From Paramoeba atlantica (Eukaryota; Protista; Discosea), in the NCBI GenBank assembly GCA_977017575.1, contig CDRNVI010000199.1, positions 1-64,000 of the forward strand: a stretch of DNA of 64,000 nt. The letters are read 5' to 3'. The position numbers were made by a program, and so were the translations under genes. The notes beneath the pieces were generated by a model that was not told the origin of the DNA, ran no database searches, and worked only from the letters and a program-made list of their open reading frames with translations. Below are positions 1 through 12,800 of the stretch, in pieces. Each line of letters starts with the position of its first letter. Position 1 is the first letter of the stretch.

Positions 1-89
1 GCTGAGAATTTATCATGTGGATCAACTCCAGGCTCACTTGGAAGACCTGATGGGAGATACTTTGACTTGATTACATTTGGCAAATTTGT

Positions 90-657
90 TGTGAAGTGGC
101 CAGGAGTTTGGAGAAGGAAAGAGTGGGCAGGTGAAGGAAAGAAGGAAAGGGAAGAAAGGGAAAAGAAAGAAAGAAAAAAGTCAAGAGCAAATCATGGGAA
201 AGATTGGCACATTACAAAGGGAAACCAACCAAGTAAGTTTATTCTTTTTACCAACAAACAAAAGGAGTATTCATATGGGACAACAAATATAACAAGTGTG
301 GAATTGACAAGAAGCAAAACAGAATGAAAGACAAAAACACACAAGAAAAAGGACATGGTGGAGAGATTAAATCACAGATAAATGTTACAGAACACAAGAT
401 TAATTGACATAAAGATTATATAAAATAGAGAAATAAAATGGTGTGAAAATATTAAGGGAACAACTTGATTTCAGAGTGAGAACTGGGTGGGAAGAGCTCA
501 GATGAGAGAGACAGAAATACATGTAGAATCAAAACAGTTTGTATGGTCTTACAAATGTTCATCAGGGATATTCACACAACAGGGGAGCACAGTGGTGTAC
601 AAAGAGAAACAAATTAATTTGCACAACATGGAATCAGTTCACACCAGGATTCTGATA
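90..657 (-). repeat. 3' LTR of element 90-5281
   Basis: Aligns end to end with 4714-5281; both are 568 bp. Confidence 0.9.
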
Positions 658-3600
658 CACCCTTCCAAATGAATATGTTTCACATAAATCAGAAGAAAGA
701 ATTTCACAACACATCAGAAATCAAGAACAATTAAAGCAAAGCAGCAAGACAAGTGGGATTTACATTTAGCACAGCAAATCAAGATGAGGTGAATAGACAG
801 AGACCCATCATTGAACCAAATATCAAGCCATCAAGGAAATCAGAATGAATCACAAAATCACAAGAACAAATATCAGTTGAACAGAATGGAAAAATATAAG
901 GGATTGGTGCAGAAGCAATCAATAATCCAAAACATATTACTTTGAAGCAAAAGAGGGATCAACACGAGAGCACAAGAGATAATCAGAGAACTTAAGGCAT
1001 GGACATGGAGAACAAGACAGAAAGAATTCAATTCAGGAATTCAAAAATAATACAACCCAGGAAAGGAGAAATCAATCCAACAAAAACAGCAGGAAATAGG
1101 AAGAGAGGGATTTGTGTTCACTACTGGAGACACAGGTGGTGCATTGAATCCTCAGAAATGCTATATTCACTCATCATTGAGTGAGGAATGATTTCAATAG
1201 AGACAAAGAAATCAAAAGTCCAGCAGAAATTATCAAGGTATCACAAGCTTCAAAGATGATTGGGAACAGGCAAGAAGGACATTGGACAGAGAGCAACAGG
1301 AATGAAGTGCAACAGCAACAAAAAAGACAAAAAAGATCATCCAGAATAGTGCTGAAAACATGGTTCAGAGGCAAAGCATTCCAGGTATGCATTTTCAAAA
1401 TTCAGGGGATGAATTTTCAAAGATAAATCACACATCATGTATGTAGAAACAAATATGTTGTCACACAAAGGATAAATGTTGATCAAATCAACAAATGTTA
1501 CAATTGCATTGAGATTTGAGAAGAGAGGTGAGAAGAACACAAGCCAAAAGAAGAACATTGAGGAAAAATGTCATGGGGCCAGTGAAAATCCATTGCAAGG
1601 GTGAGAAAAACAAAGACTCAGAGAATCAGAGAAAATAAAACTCAGAACTTCCTTGAAAGAACAAAGATGAGGCAATGGAGTCACAAAAGAACAAAGAGGG
1701 GACATGAAAACTCCCTTCAAAGGTAACAGGTGTCTCAAAAGCAAAGTAATGTTGGAGGGCATTGTCTAAGGGATTGCAAAGACAAAAGCAGTCATCAAAT
1801 TGCAGGCAGAACAGAAAGAAATGGGATAGCAATCTCCAAAAATGATGGTAATATTGAGACAGAGGAAGAAGAAACAATATTCACAATCAACCATAAAACA
1901 AGAGAGAATTGGAGAGTGAGGACCAGATCAAAAGATTAAATTGCACAACAATAATTTGACAAGAATAAACTATGGGGAATAACAAAGGAAATTGAGTAAT
2001 ACCAAAATGTTTTTAGGTGAAGCCAAGAAATTAATCATGAGTCACATGAACACTCCCTTCCAATTTGATATTTTGATCTCATCACAATAAAGGCATTTCA
2101 AAACAAGAGAAAGTATTAACCATCAAATCGCAAAACCAAATCAACAGAAGAAATCCAAAATCAACTTATCAAAGACCAAGAAAAGATTTAATTCCAATAA
2201 ATCAACCAATAATTAGAATAGGGTGTAAATGGTGCAAGATGTTCAATGGAACTTGCTGAAAATAAAGCCATTACAAATCAAATTCAAGAATTGGCATCAT
2301 TACCAGAGAATAAACAAAAACATGAGACTATGATAGAGGAAAATGTGAATTGAGGTTTCTCAAAGAGAAAAGAAACTTAGAACAGAGAGTATCAATGACA
2401 AGAGAGAAGCATCAGCAATCAAGTCAACTTCAAAACAAACAGATCAAATTAGAAAGGTCATAACTTGAGGGAAAGTGCAGTAACCAAAATCAAAACAGCT
2501 TCAGGAGTGGTACATCCAAAATTACACAAACATAATTTTTTAATAAAACACCCTTCCAACACCAAAATGGGTTTCAAAATTCAAGTAGGAGTATCTGAGA
2601 GAGGAATCCAAGTGAAAATAAAGTCCAGAATCAAAATTACAAAAGGTAAGAGGAAGGTATAAATCTGACAATTTCAAAGCAAGGAAGGAAATCAGGAGAA
2701 TTTCCATCATCAACCAAAAACAAAAGAACAAGAAGAATCATCCCAAGGCATCAATTCAAGAATGATAAATTCAGAATGACATTGTTACAAGAAAAACAAG
2801 GAGATGGAATCAATTATTTCTTCAATAAAATCAACACAGGGATGAATTCAATCAGAAATAAGAGTTTAAATTCACAGGCAGGGAATTTGAGATAACAAGG
2901 CAAAAAATCCAAAGAGGTTAACAACAGAGTACATTCAGATTCAAGAAGTACAAATTCAATCCAGAATTACTTTAAAGATATTAAGAATTTTTAAAAACAT
3001 CATTGAGACAGAGGGAAAAATCCAATTAAGCTTCGAGGAAACAAAACAAAATGAGAAATCATCAAGCATAAGAATAAATCTAGTCAGGCAAATCCACAAT
3101 CACAAATTCACAATCAAAAGTGGCAGTTGAGGAACAAAAGAGGCATTGAGAAATGTTGACAAACAAAACTCAAGTCAAGATTATACAAGGAAACAGTGCT
3201 GTGTAAGCTGAAGTTGTCCAGAATGTTAATTCTAAATGATATGCTGTTCCAAAAGCATAACCAAAGACAAATAACCAAAACAAACAATGAGAGAGAGGAC
3301 TGAATTGATTTACCAACAAAAATGAAGCATGGAAATCATCAAGAAATCATCTCAAGCGAATCAAAGGCAGAGAGAATCCATAAAACAGGAATAGAACCAA
3401 AGAACAGTTGGGCAAAACAAAGAACAAAGTCAAAACAGAGTGTCATGACAGGCAAAGAAAGACATTGACAAATACAAGAATAATCTCCAAGAAACAAGAA
3501 AAATAACATGAATCTTCCATGACATAAGGAGAAAAACAAAAACAAGTGTGATCAGAACTGTGCTTATCAAAAAATCATGTGCTAAGTCAAAGACAGCTGC

Positions 3601-4698
3601 TAGAAATATAATTCAAAACAGTGCACACCAGTATAAAATCATAAGCTGAAAGCTAAAAAGCTGGTGCTTTATCAGGGCTGATAGAAGGGAGGAGAATAAG
3701 TGATAATATGATTGCTGAGGATAGAAGAGATGGTGTGTCCACATAAATCAAAAGGAGAAGGATAAAAGAGAATGACCAGCTCTGTATCATGAAAACAAAC
3801 AAAAAATATCAATCATCCACACCAAGAGTGCCAAAAAATCGATAACCAGGATCATCTACAAGAAAGATCCAAAAACCAAAATGGGAAGCTTAATCACAGC
3901 CATAAAACCAAAAATGACAAACAAAATTGTTGTTCAAAACATAAAATCCAAATGGGAAAAACATTCTACAAAAGAAGGATCAAAAATACTGTAGATGTGT
4001 TGTGAACACAATAAACAGATGAGGCATGTGCTTCATAAAATGAGGAATTATTGAAAACATCTCAAGACAGGAGCAAAACCAACAAATAAACATACCAAGA
4101 GATTCAGCAAGATGAACAAACAACAGAATGATCATTGAGAACAATGAACAAAATGTAAAGGGCAAAGTGAGACAATGAGGAACAAAGTCTTGATCCAAAA
4201 GGACAAAAACAAGAAACTGAAAATGAAACAAACAGGCTTAAGGTGTAGAAGTACAAGAACAAGGATCAGAGGTGCAAAGAAATCTTCCAAGAAGAATTTC
4301 TTCACTCAAAACGAGACCAAAAGAACTTGATCTCTTTGGTTTGAAACAAAGAACAGGAATCAAAAAATGGTTTCCAATTTTGATGCTCAGTTCACAGAAC
4401 AACAAACAGACTTTCTCAATGAAGAAGAAAATAAGAAAACAAAAACAAACAAATGAATGAGAAAACAATCGAAATTCACAAACACCAGAATCACAATCAC
4501 AAGAATTGGCCAAAAACTGTGACCATGACCCAAAAAAACAAAATGTGAAAAACGAGTTTTCAACATGAAGAAAAAAAACATGCAAAAAGAAAACGAAAAA
4601 GAATGGAGAGGACAGTGATTTGAAATCACTGCTTCCAGAAAACAAAGACAAAAGAGGAGGAAGGATAAACTTTCAAAAAACAAAACTCAGGCTGGAAG

Positions 4699-4713
4699 CC
4701 TAGACTCTTAATC
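4699..4713 (-). promoter_or_regulatory. Primer-binding site complementary to the tRNA-Lys(CUU) anticodon arm
   Basis: The minus strand reads GATTAAGAGTCTAGG directly after the LTR, identical to the first 15 nt of the copia PBS at 38214. Confidence 0.75.
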
Positions 4714-5281
4714 TGTGAAGTGGCCAGGAGTTTGGAGAAGGAAAGAGTGGGCAGGTGAAGGAAAGAAGGAAAGGGAAGAAAGGGAAAAGAAAGAAAGAGA
4801 AAAGTCAAGAGCAAATCATGGGAAAGATTAGTGCATTGCAAAGGGAAACCAACCAAGTAAGTTTATTCCTTTTACCAACAAACAAAAGGAGTATTCATAT
4901 GGAACAATAAATATAACAAGTGTGGAATTGACAAGAAGCAAAACAGAATGAAAGACAAAAACACACAAGAAAAAGGATGCAGTGGAGAGATTAAATCACA
5001 GATAAATGTTACAGAACACAGGATTAATTGACATAAAGATTATATAAAATAGAGAAATAAGATGGTGCAAAAATATTAAGGGAATAACTTGATTTCAGAG
5101 TGAGAACTGGGTGGAAAGAGCTCAAATGAGAGAGACAAGAATACATGCAGAATCAAAACAGTTTGTATAGTCTTACAAATGTTCATCAGGGATATTCACA
5201 CAATAGGGGAGCACAGTGGTGTACAAAGAGAAACAAATTAATTTGCACAACATGGAATCAGTTCACACCAGGATTCTGACA
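4714..5281 (-). repeat. 5' LTR of element 90-5281
   Basis: Aligns with 90-657; the PBS follows immediately on the minus strand. Confidence 0.9.
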
Positions 5282-5286
5282 TTTGT

Positions 5287-5771
5287 TGTTGAAGAAGGAG
5301 TTTCCTAAGGGCCAACACCAAAGCTACTTCTGATATCCACCAATCCCTTTTCCTTTCTCTTCTTATTCTTCTTCTTTCTGAGTTTAGTTATTGTTTGTTT
5401 GTTTGTTTTTTTTTTTTTTTTTTTTTTAAATAACTAACTTCCCTCCCTCACTCTCTCTCCTTGCTTGGGTTGTTTTGGCAGCTCTTATAAACTCTTCTGA
5501 AATCCTCAGTTGCACTTGTCCATTCAATATTCAGGTTCAATTTTTTTAACATTAATTTCACCTCCCTTCTATTGTTGGGTTCCTCCACCAATGCATTTTC
5601 AATTGGTAAATCTTCTTTGTTGATGAAGACAGGGGCAGGACCAGAAACAGGTTGACTTCTCCTGTTCTCCTTCTTCTGGATTAAAGAATCAGTGTAATTT
5701 CTTGACTCACCTGCAATTTCTTTTGGTTGTGAAGAAGCAAACTTAACAAAAGAAATTACTGGGTTGGAACT
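5287..5771 (-). mobile_element. LINE family B fragment (ORF1 C-terminus / ORF1-ORF2 junction); continues at 1-84 beyond the inserted LTR element
   Basis: ORF 5448-5774 begins SNPVISFVKFASSQPKEIAGES, matching 31932-32120 (SNPIVFSFKFAFSQPKEIVGKS) of the family B copy at 32036-33660. The rejoined flanks read DIRSSFG...TTNLPNVIKSKYLP, resembling the ORF2 leader of family A (NLKSFFP...LLPNLYQYNKFP). Confidence 0.6.
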
Positions 5772-6517
5772 CACACAGGGGTGAGCTCAAGCTGCACTTG
5801 CAATCATGGTGTTTTTTAGGGTTGAAGTGACTTCAGATATTCCTTTTGAGCCTTCAAAAAAAAAATCTGATGTCATATCCACATATTCACTCTTGTGGTC
5901 TCTCTTTTGATTTGTTTGTTTTTTGGTTGAATGAAGATGGTGAAGGTTGAAGAAATGGAACAAAAAAGAAAAAGAAAAAGGAAAAAAAATGTATATTTGT
6001 GATTTTTTTGATGATTGGATTGTTTAATTTGAAAGAAAAGGTTGTGTGTTGAAGTTGAAGATGATGATGCTGTGGAAGGAAAAAAAAGAACCTGTTTTGT
6101 TGATTGATCCAAACAGAAAGAGATTTCTTACTGTAAATTCATTTGATGATAAAAAAGTGAAAAGAGAAACAAATTCTTTTTTTTTCTTCAAAAAACACCT
6201 CAAAACTCACTCTCAAACACTCTTTTCAACCTTTCTTTCAGTTCTGGAGAGGAAAAACAAAACAAAAAACCAGTGGCAGCAGTTGAAAAAAAAACACAAA
6301 AAAAAAGCACTTTTTTTTTCAACAATTGATTTTTTTTTGTTTTTTTTCAACTGTCAAAATTAGTTTTTTGACAATTGAAATCTTTGTTGTTTTTTTTTGA
6401 CCATTGAAGATATTTTTTCAACAGTTGAAATTTTGATTGACTTTTTTGACCATTAAAGTTATTTTTTCAATGGTTGATGTTTTTTTTGGTTTTTTTTTGA
6501 TGGTTGAAAATTTGGAC
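5772..6517. mobile_element. Non-autonomous DNA element D (CAC-terminated MITE-like), left part
   Basis: Starts CACACAGGGGTGAGCTCAAGCTGCACTTGCA. The same terminus recurs at 21751 and, inverted, at 29050 and 33909. The body aligns with 21751-22053 plus 28046-28900. Confidence 0.7.
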
Positions 6518-7494
6518 CAGAGTTGCAGCAGCCTAGGTGGGTTGGGCAGGTTGCTTCTTTTTTGTTGCAGGTTGATTAGTTGACCAAAGGTCAACTTGGA
6601 CTGACCAAATTTGTCAACAATCAGAGATTGTTAACAAATTCAACATTCAAATGAAAGATAATGTCAAAACCAATGATTGGTCCACCTCATTTGTGGAAAT
6701 TTTCTCCACAGATGAGGTGGGAATAAAGTATTGATTTGTTGAACCTTGTGATATTCTTCAAACAAAAACTGGTTTCAGAAAAATTTCTCTATGATGAACC
6801 TTGATCAAATGATTGTGCAAGCCAAACTTGAAAGATTGGAAAAAAGAACTTCAGTTGTGTGGGACTATTTTCAGCAACATTCCATAGATCCACAATCAAT
6901 CATTTGCTTGCCATGTTAGCCAATTGATGTGAAAGAAATTCCTCTTTCACAGTTACAACCAATCACATGTTCAATCAACACTGGAATTGAGTCCTTAAAG
7001 CAGCACCTGGAGAGTAAACATGGCATTCTTGTCTCATGGGCTGTTGTTGAGCAGCCAACAAAAATTCACAAATTAGATGAATATCTGATGTCTATGGAGC
7101 AGCAATGATTTGTTCATGAGAAACTCTTCTGTTGGATGACTGACAGTCATCTGCCCTATTTCTTTGTCAATAGTGAAAATTTTAAAGATTTTACAAGAGC
7201 CCTCTTTGATCTCTCTATTGATGGTTGGACCTCTGCTGCTGGGGATTCATATTTTGGGCTCATCCTCCATTTTCTTGACCAAGAAGGGATCTGGCAAGCT
7301 TTGCTCCTCAAATGCCTTCCAAAGGACGAACAAACAGTAGCAAATCTGGAATTTTCGATTCGAGAATCTTTTGAAAAGTGGGGTTTTGGTGATGAGTTGA
7401 ATCTCCCAGTTGCTGAACATTGAATTCAAAAATTTACAACAGATATCACTGCAATCATGCTGAAGATGGTCTCTCAGCTTGGTTTCTGATGGAT
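6518..7494 (+). mobile_element. hAT transposon relic, right part lost
   Basis: Begins CAGAGTTGCAGC exactly where homology to element D stops, and carries a hAT transposase frame. Confidence 0.7.
6791..7494 (+). pseudogene. hAT transposase pseudogene (BED finger plus start of the catalytic domain)
   Basis: One frame with stops: RTSVVWDYF...IICLPC...LKQHLESKH (BED finger), SIDGWTS...YFGLILHF (first D) and FTTD (second D). Truncated by LINE A1. Confidence 0.85.
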
Positions 7495-8749
7495 GGATTG
7501 GGAGAAAGTGATCCTAAAGATGAAGAAAGTTGGAGCAGCAATCAAAAAAAGGGGTGGCAATTTTCGCTCGAGAGTAAGGATGGTCAATACCTATCTAACT
7601 CCATGCATGGGATATTTAGTGAGATTCAAACTGATTCCAAAATCTGTTGCCTCCTTGATGTGGAAGTCCATCCGCTCAGCTCTGGGTGCCTATGCCAACA
7701 CAAAAACCTCCATTCTTACCTCATGCTATCCTCCCTTGGACTCAAACCCCCAACTGCGCCATCCTATTGTTTTTAACTGGGCCCTCCTCACTTCTCGTCC
7801 ACCAATGAGGAGCGATTATTGGAGTCCTCTTTCCATTGGAGCCATGCGAAAGGATGCCCTTTTTGCAGCCCAAAGCCTCTCTGCCAAAGTTGTGTTTGGT
7901 CAGGCCACTCAAGTTGCTTATTCCAATATGTCTCGAGTGATCCCCATTGAAATCAAAGATCTGTATGTGGGTGAAGGAAGAGCTGAGTGTGTGGTGTACA
8001 ACTTGGCACATACAATTAGGCCCCAACTTAAGAGGAATTTGATTAAGTTCCTAATAAGAGGGCTGCCTACAAGAGACAAGTTGGCTCACTTCACAAACCA
8101 AAACTCAAGTTGCCAACTCTGCCACCATGAAAAGGAGTCATGATCTCATCTTCTGGAGGAATGTTCTGTGGCTGAGGGCCTCCTCCAAGCAATGGGAAGG
8201 AAATGTATTTTGTTGAATGTACCCAGCTGGCAAGAAACTAAGAATGTGTGTGGCCTTGTCTCAAATTTTCTCACCAGACAAGAAACCTCTGTGGTGAGTG
8301 TTGCCCTGTTGAGTTTGTGGCTCACAGTGTGTGCAGAAGGATCAAAATCACCCCAGTATGCTACTGAAATCTTCGAAAAAATCTTGAGAAAGAATAAAAT
8401 CCTCCCTCAGCCCCCAAGAACCCTAACAAAGAAAGGAACCAAAGAGAAGGAAAGTTTTAAATTTAAAGGCTTTCAAGTGTTTTATGACGGTTCAGGCTGT
8501 ACAGACCCTCATCTGGGGGGTGTGGGCTTTGCAGTTTTCAGGGAAGGGAAAGAGATATGTGGTGGGTTTGAAACCATCCCTCTTGGGTCCAACAATATTG
8601 GTGAATTTACAGGCTGTTTGAAAGGAATGCAATGTGCCAGATCAATGACGAATGAGATTGAAGTTGTTGGGGATTGTATGATTCTCACCAAGGCTGCACC
8701 CAAAACCCATGCCATCAAAAACTATGCCTTGAATGAACTACTTTGTGAA
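7495..8749 (+). mobile_element. LINE family A fragment A1 (RT C-terminus, zinc finger, RNase H)
   Basis: Near-identical to 46652-47907. Motifs LPTRDKL, CQLC and FYDGSG...SNNIGEF...VVGDC. Confidence 0.95.
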
Positions 8750-9847
8750 CCCAAAAACTATTGTTGGAGCCAAGTTGAGACCAACAAAGTTAGTGAAATC
8801 ACTGGATTTCAAACTGAGACTCCCCAACTTCAACAAAATTATCAAAGTGATTGAAAATGTGACTTCTCTTAAAGGGAAGATTTTTGTGAACATCAAGCAA
8901 GGCCATTTTGTGATCTCAGCACTCAAGAACATAGATGCTGCCAGTGTAGAAAAAGAGTTTTTGAACAAAGGTGATGAATTGGCAAAAAAACTCAAAAATC
9001 CTTTGTTTGGAGGAACAATGAGGATGCAAAATTGTAGAGGCTTAAAATTAGAGTTCCTTTCAAAGCTGAGGACAAGAAGTGAATTCAGAATCTTTTTATT
9101 GGTCCAAATTCTCTTCCAAAACATATTCTGAAGGAAGTAATACAAATAGCTCAGAATTGTATTGTTTTGTTTTACACCCAAATCCCCATCAACCTTGTCT
9201 GTCTCATTGCTCACACCAAGGGATGGTTGAGGATCAGCACTACTCAAGCTCAAGTCTCTGTTTGGACCCCAGTAAGGCTCTTTGACACAGTGGTAAAATG
9301 TCTCACTTGTCAAATTAACCATCCTGCTTGTTTGAATTGTTTATTTGAAATTTTACAAAAAAAAGATCTAAGTGAAGTTGGCAACATGGCAAGAACAGAA
9401 ATGTACTCAATCAACACCTGCAACCCCAAAGGAGTGAAGATAAGAAAACAAGCTGCCAGAGATGGTGTACAATTTAACTTTGTTCCTCCTAAAGGAGTCC
9501 CTCCATTCTATACCCCCCTTGGAAACACTGGTGTGTTTATGGTGGTGGTCCTAAGAGATCAAACCAATTTTCCCCCAAGTCACATGCTTCATCTAAGCCT
9601 TCCATAGGTTTCTTCCCCATGAGTGTTAAAAAAGATGGTTTTAATTTACCTGTGTGTAAGTCTGAAGGTCAAGAGTTGGTGTTTTGTTCACTTAATGTTA
9701 TTTCTGCAGAACTTACCCCTCCAAAGGGCCCCCCTCCTGTGAAGAAGAGCCATGAAGCTATATTCAACAACTTCAAAGTACCTTCTTCCACAACTAAGGG
9801 ATCAGCTGTCCAAAGGAGCTCCTTTGTGGATTCAATCAAGTGTGGTG
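8750..9847 (+). mobile_element. LINE family B ORF1 fragment
   Basis: Aligns with the minus-strand copy at 32150-33400. IPINLVCLIAHTKGW...SVWTP...KCLTCQINHPACLNC is homologous to family A ORF1 IPLILTCIIAKHRGS...SLWTP...CQVCEISHSRHLKC. Confidence 0.75.
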
Positions 9848-12800
9848 TTTTTTTTTTTTAAGGTTCAAACACCAGGTGCCATTTATTAGAGTTAAAAACC
9901 ATCTCTAGGATGGAAAAGAGGGGGGAAGAAAGAGGGGGGGGAGGGGAGATAAGTTAAGAATTAGATTCAAGGATCTCTTCAGCATGGGATGCATTGGAGT
10001 TTCTTTACCAACTTTAGTTCTCACTAAGGGGTCTGCATTTGATTGTCTGTCTTCTAAAACCAGGGAGTGAATTCGATTTGGAGGTTTCTATGAAGTTAAT
10101 TACATTCCTTCAAAAATCTTCTTCGATAAAGCTCCTCATCAGATTGCTCTCTTGGGACTGATGGAACCATCCTTGGATATCTTTAGTAATTATTACAGGG
10201 AGGATTAGAGCATTCTCAAGAGCAGTTTGGGCCAGAAACAAAACATGGGGGGTTGTCACCATGTTTCCTTGGAATTTCCTTACAAAATTTCCTGGGGGGA
10301 TGGAGAAAGTCCAGTCACAGGTGAGGGGGGAATTGATCCAGTTCCACAGGGTTGAATTCAAAATAATCCACTCTTCACTGGTTTCTGCAACATGTTGTGA
10401 TCTTGGATCCCAATGATGGTTATTCACAGCACATGTTCCATCCTCTTTAGACCAACTTGCAGCAGTTGCAATTGCATCAGCTCGCTTGTTAAGTTTTCAG
10501 GGTACATGGATGAATTCTATCTCATCAAAGCACATTGCTAACTTACAGATTTCACAAAGTAGTTCATTCAAGGCATAGTTTTTGATGGCATGGGTTTTGG
10601 GTGCAGCCTTGGTGAGAATCATACAATCCCCAACAACTTCAATCTCATTCATCATTGATCTGGCACATTGCATTTCTTTTAGACAGCCTGTAAATTCGCC
10701 AATATTGTTGGACCCAAGAGAGATGGTTTCAAACCCACCACATATCTCTTTCCCTTCCCTGAAAACTGCAAAGCCCACACCCTCTAGATGAGGGTCTGTA
10801 CAGCCTGAGCCATCATAAAACACTTGAAAGCCTTTAAATTTAAAACTTTCCTTCTCTTTGGTTCCTTTCTTTGTTTGAGTTCTTGGGGGCTGAGGGAGGA
10901 TTTTGTTCTTTCTCAGGATTTTTTTGAAAATTTCAGTAGCATACTGGGGTGATTTCGATCCTTCCACACACACTGTGAGCCACAAACTCAACAAAGCAAC
11001 ACTCACCACAGAGGTTTCTTGTCTGGTGAGAAAATTTGAGACAAGGCCACACACATTCTTAGTTTCTTGCCAGCTGGGTACATTCAACAAAATACATTTC
11101 CTTCCCATTGCTTGGAGGAGGCCCTCAGCCACAGAACATTCCTCCAGAAGATGAGTTCACAACTCCTTTTCTCAGTGGCAGAGTCAGCAACTTGAGTTTT
11201 GGTTTGTGAAGTGAGCCAACTTGTCTCTTGTAGGCAGCCCTCTTATTAGGAATTTAATCAAATTCCTCTTAAGTTGGGGCCTAATTGCATGTGCCAAGTT
11301 GTACACCACACACTCAGCTCTTCCTTCACCCACATACAGATCCTTGATTTCAATGGGGATCACTCGAGACATATTGGAATAAGCAACTCAAGTGGCCTGA
11401 CCAAACACAACTTTGGCAGAGAGGCTTTGAGCTGCAAAAAGGGCATCCTTTCACATGGCTCCAATGGAAAGAGGACTTTGATAATCACTCCTCATCAGTG
11501 GATGAGAAGTGAGGAGGGCCCAGTTAAAAACAATTGGGTGGTGCAGTTGGGGGTTTGAGTCCAAAGGAGGATAGCATGAGGTAAGAATGGAGGTTTTTGT
11601 GTTGGCATAGGCACCCAGAGCTGAGTGGATGGATTTCCACATCAAGGAGGCAACAGATTTTGGAATCAGTTTGAATCTTGCTAAATATCCCATGCATGGA
11701 GTTAGATAGGTATTGACCATCCTTACTCTCAAGCAAAAATTGCCACCCCTTTTTTTGATTGCTGCTCCAACTTTCTTCATCTTTAAGATCACTTTCTCCC
11801 AATCCTTAAGAGGAGATAACCATTTACTTAACTTCACTCCCAGATATACAGTTTCATCACCACAGTAATTGGACCTTGCCATCTCAGCCCAGGGGCCTAC
11901 AGGTTTGAAAGACTCAGTTGAGAGGACAAAGCACTTATTAAAGTTCAGTTTAGCTCCAGTTGCTTCTTCATATTTCTTGAAGGTTGGAGTGAGAGAATTG
12001 ATGGTTTCAGCTTTCTGAATCACCATCCCCAAGTCATCCATAAAGCCTGATAGGTCTTGGGGGTTGTATTTCTTCTTCAAGCTCACCAAGAGGATGTCAA
12101 ACACAATTACAAACAAAAGGGGGGAGATCAGGCATTCTTGTCTGACACCAGTTCGACTTTGGATTGATTCATTGTTGCCTCCCCTCTTGGATCCACCAAT
12201 ATTTGGCAGCCAGGTTACAAATTCTTGAAGCACCTTCTCAACAACATAGATTGCTTGAGGGGGGGTGTTCAAACCTTTGAGAATATGAAGAAGTGCATCA
12301 TGATTCACATAATCATATGCCTTGCAAAAGTCTGTTTGGAGGAGGGTCACATCTTTCCCTTCTGCCAGAGCTTTGTAAAAAGAGTCATACACTGATTTCA
12401 CTGCTTCGTCAATTGACCTCCCCTTAAACATCACATGCTGTTCTTTAGAAATTACTCCACTTGCAATCTTCATCAGCCATTTTGCCCAATATCTCATCAC
12501 AATTTGATAATCTGAATTGGTAACACTGATTGGTTGAAATTGGTCAGGACGGGGGATATTCTCGACTTTGGGAATCAAACAGAGTTGGCTCTCACCAAAA
12601 GAGGGGGGGAACTCCATAATCTCACCCACTTGTTAAATTAGTTCCACCCACATGTCAAAATACTTTTTTTGTGTTGCCTTATATAAAGAGAAAGGGATAC
12701 CATCAGGTCTTGCACTGGTGTTATTGATTCTCTGAAGAAGTTTATCAACTTTCTTCCTGTCAACATCATGTCTCTCAACTGGGGGAAAGTGAGGATGATG

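Larger units (their letters stand above)
90..5281 (-). mobile_element. LTR retroelement with 568-bp LTRs and a degenerate or non-coding 4.06-kb interior
   Basis: Direct repeats at 90-657 and 4714-5281 with TG...CA ends (the left copy has CA changed to TA). 5-bp TSD TTTGT at 85-89 and 5282-5286. Minus-strand PBS at 4699-4713 and purine tract GGAAGGGTG at 658-666. No recognisable pol motifs inside. Confidence 0.9.

Noticed and set aside
1174-4683. Hydrophobic minus-strand ORFs as an env-like or membrane cargo; ORF 1337-1558 as integrase or RNase H
   Set aside because: Phe/Leu/Cys richness follows from the T-rich strand in all frames. Motif similarities were fragmentary and mutually inconsistent.
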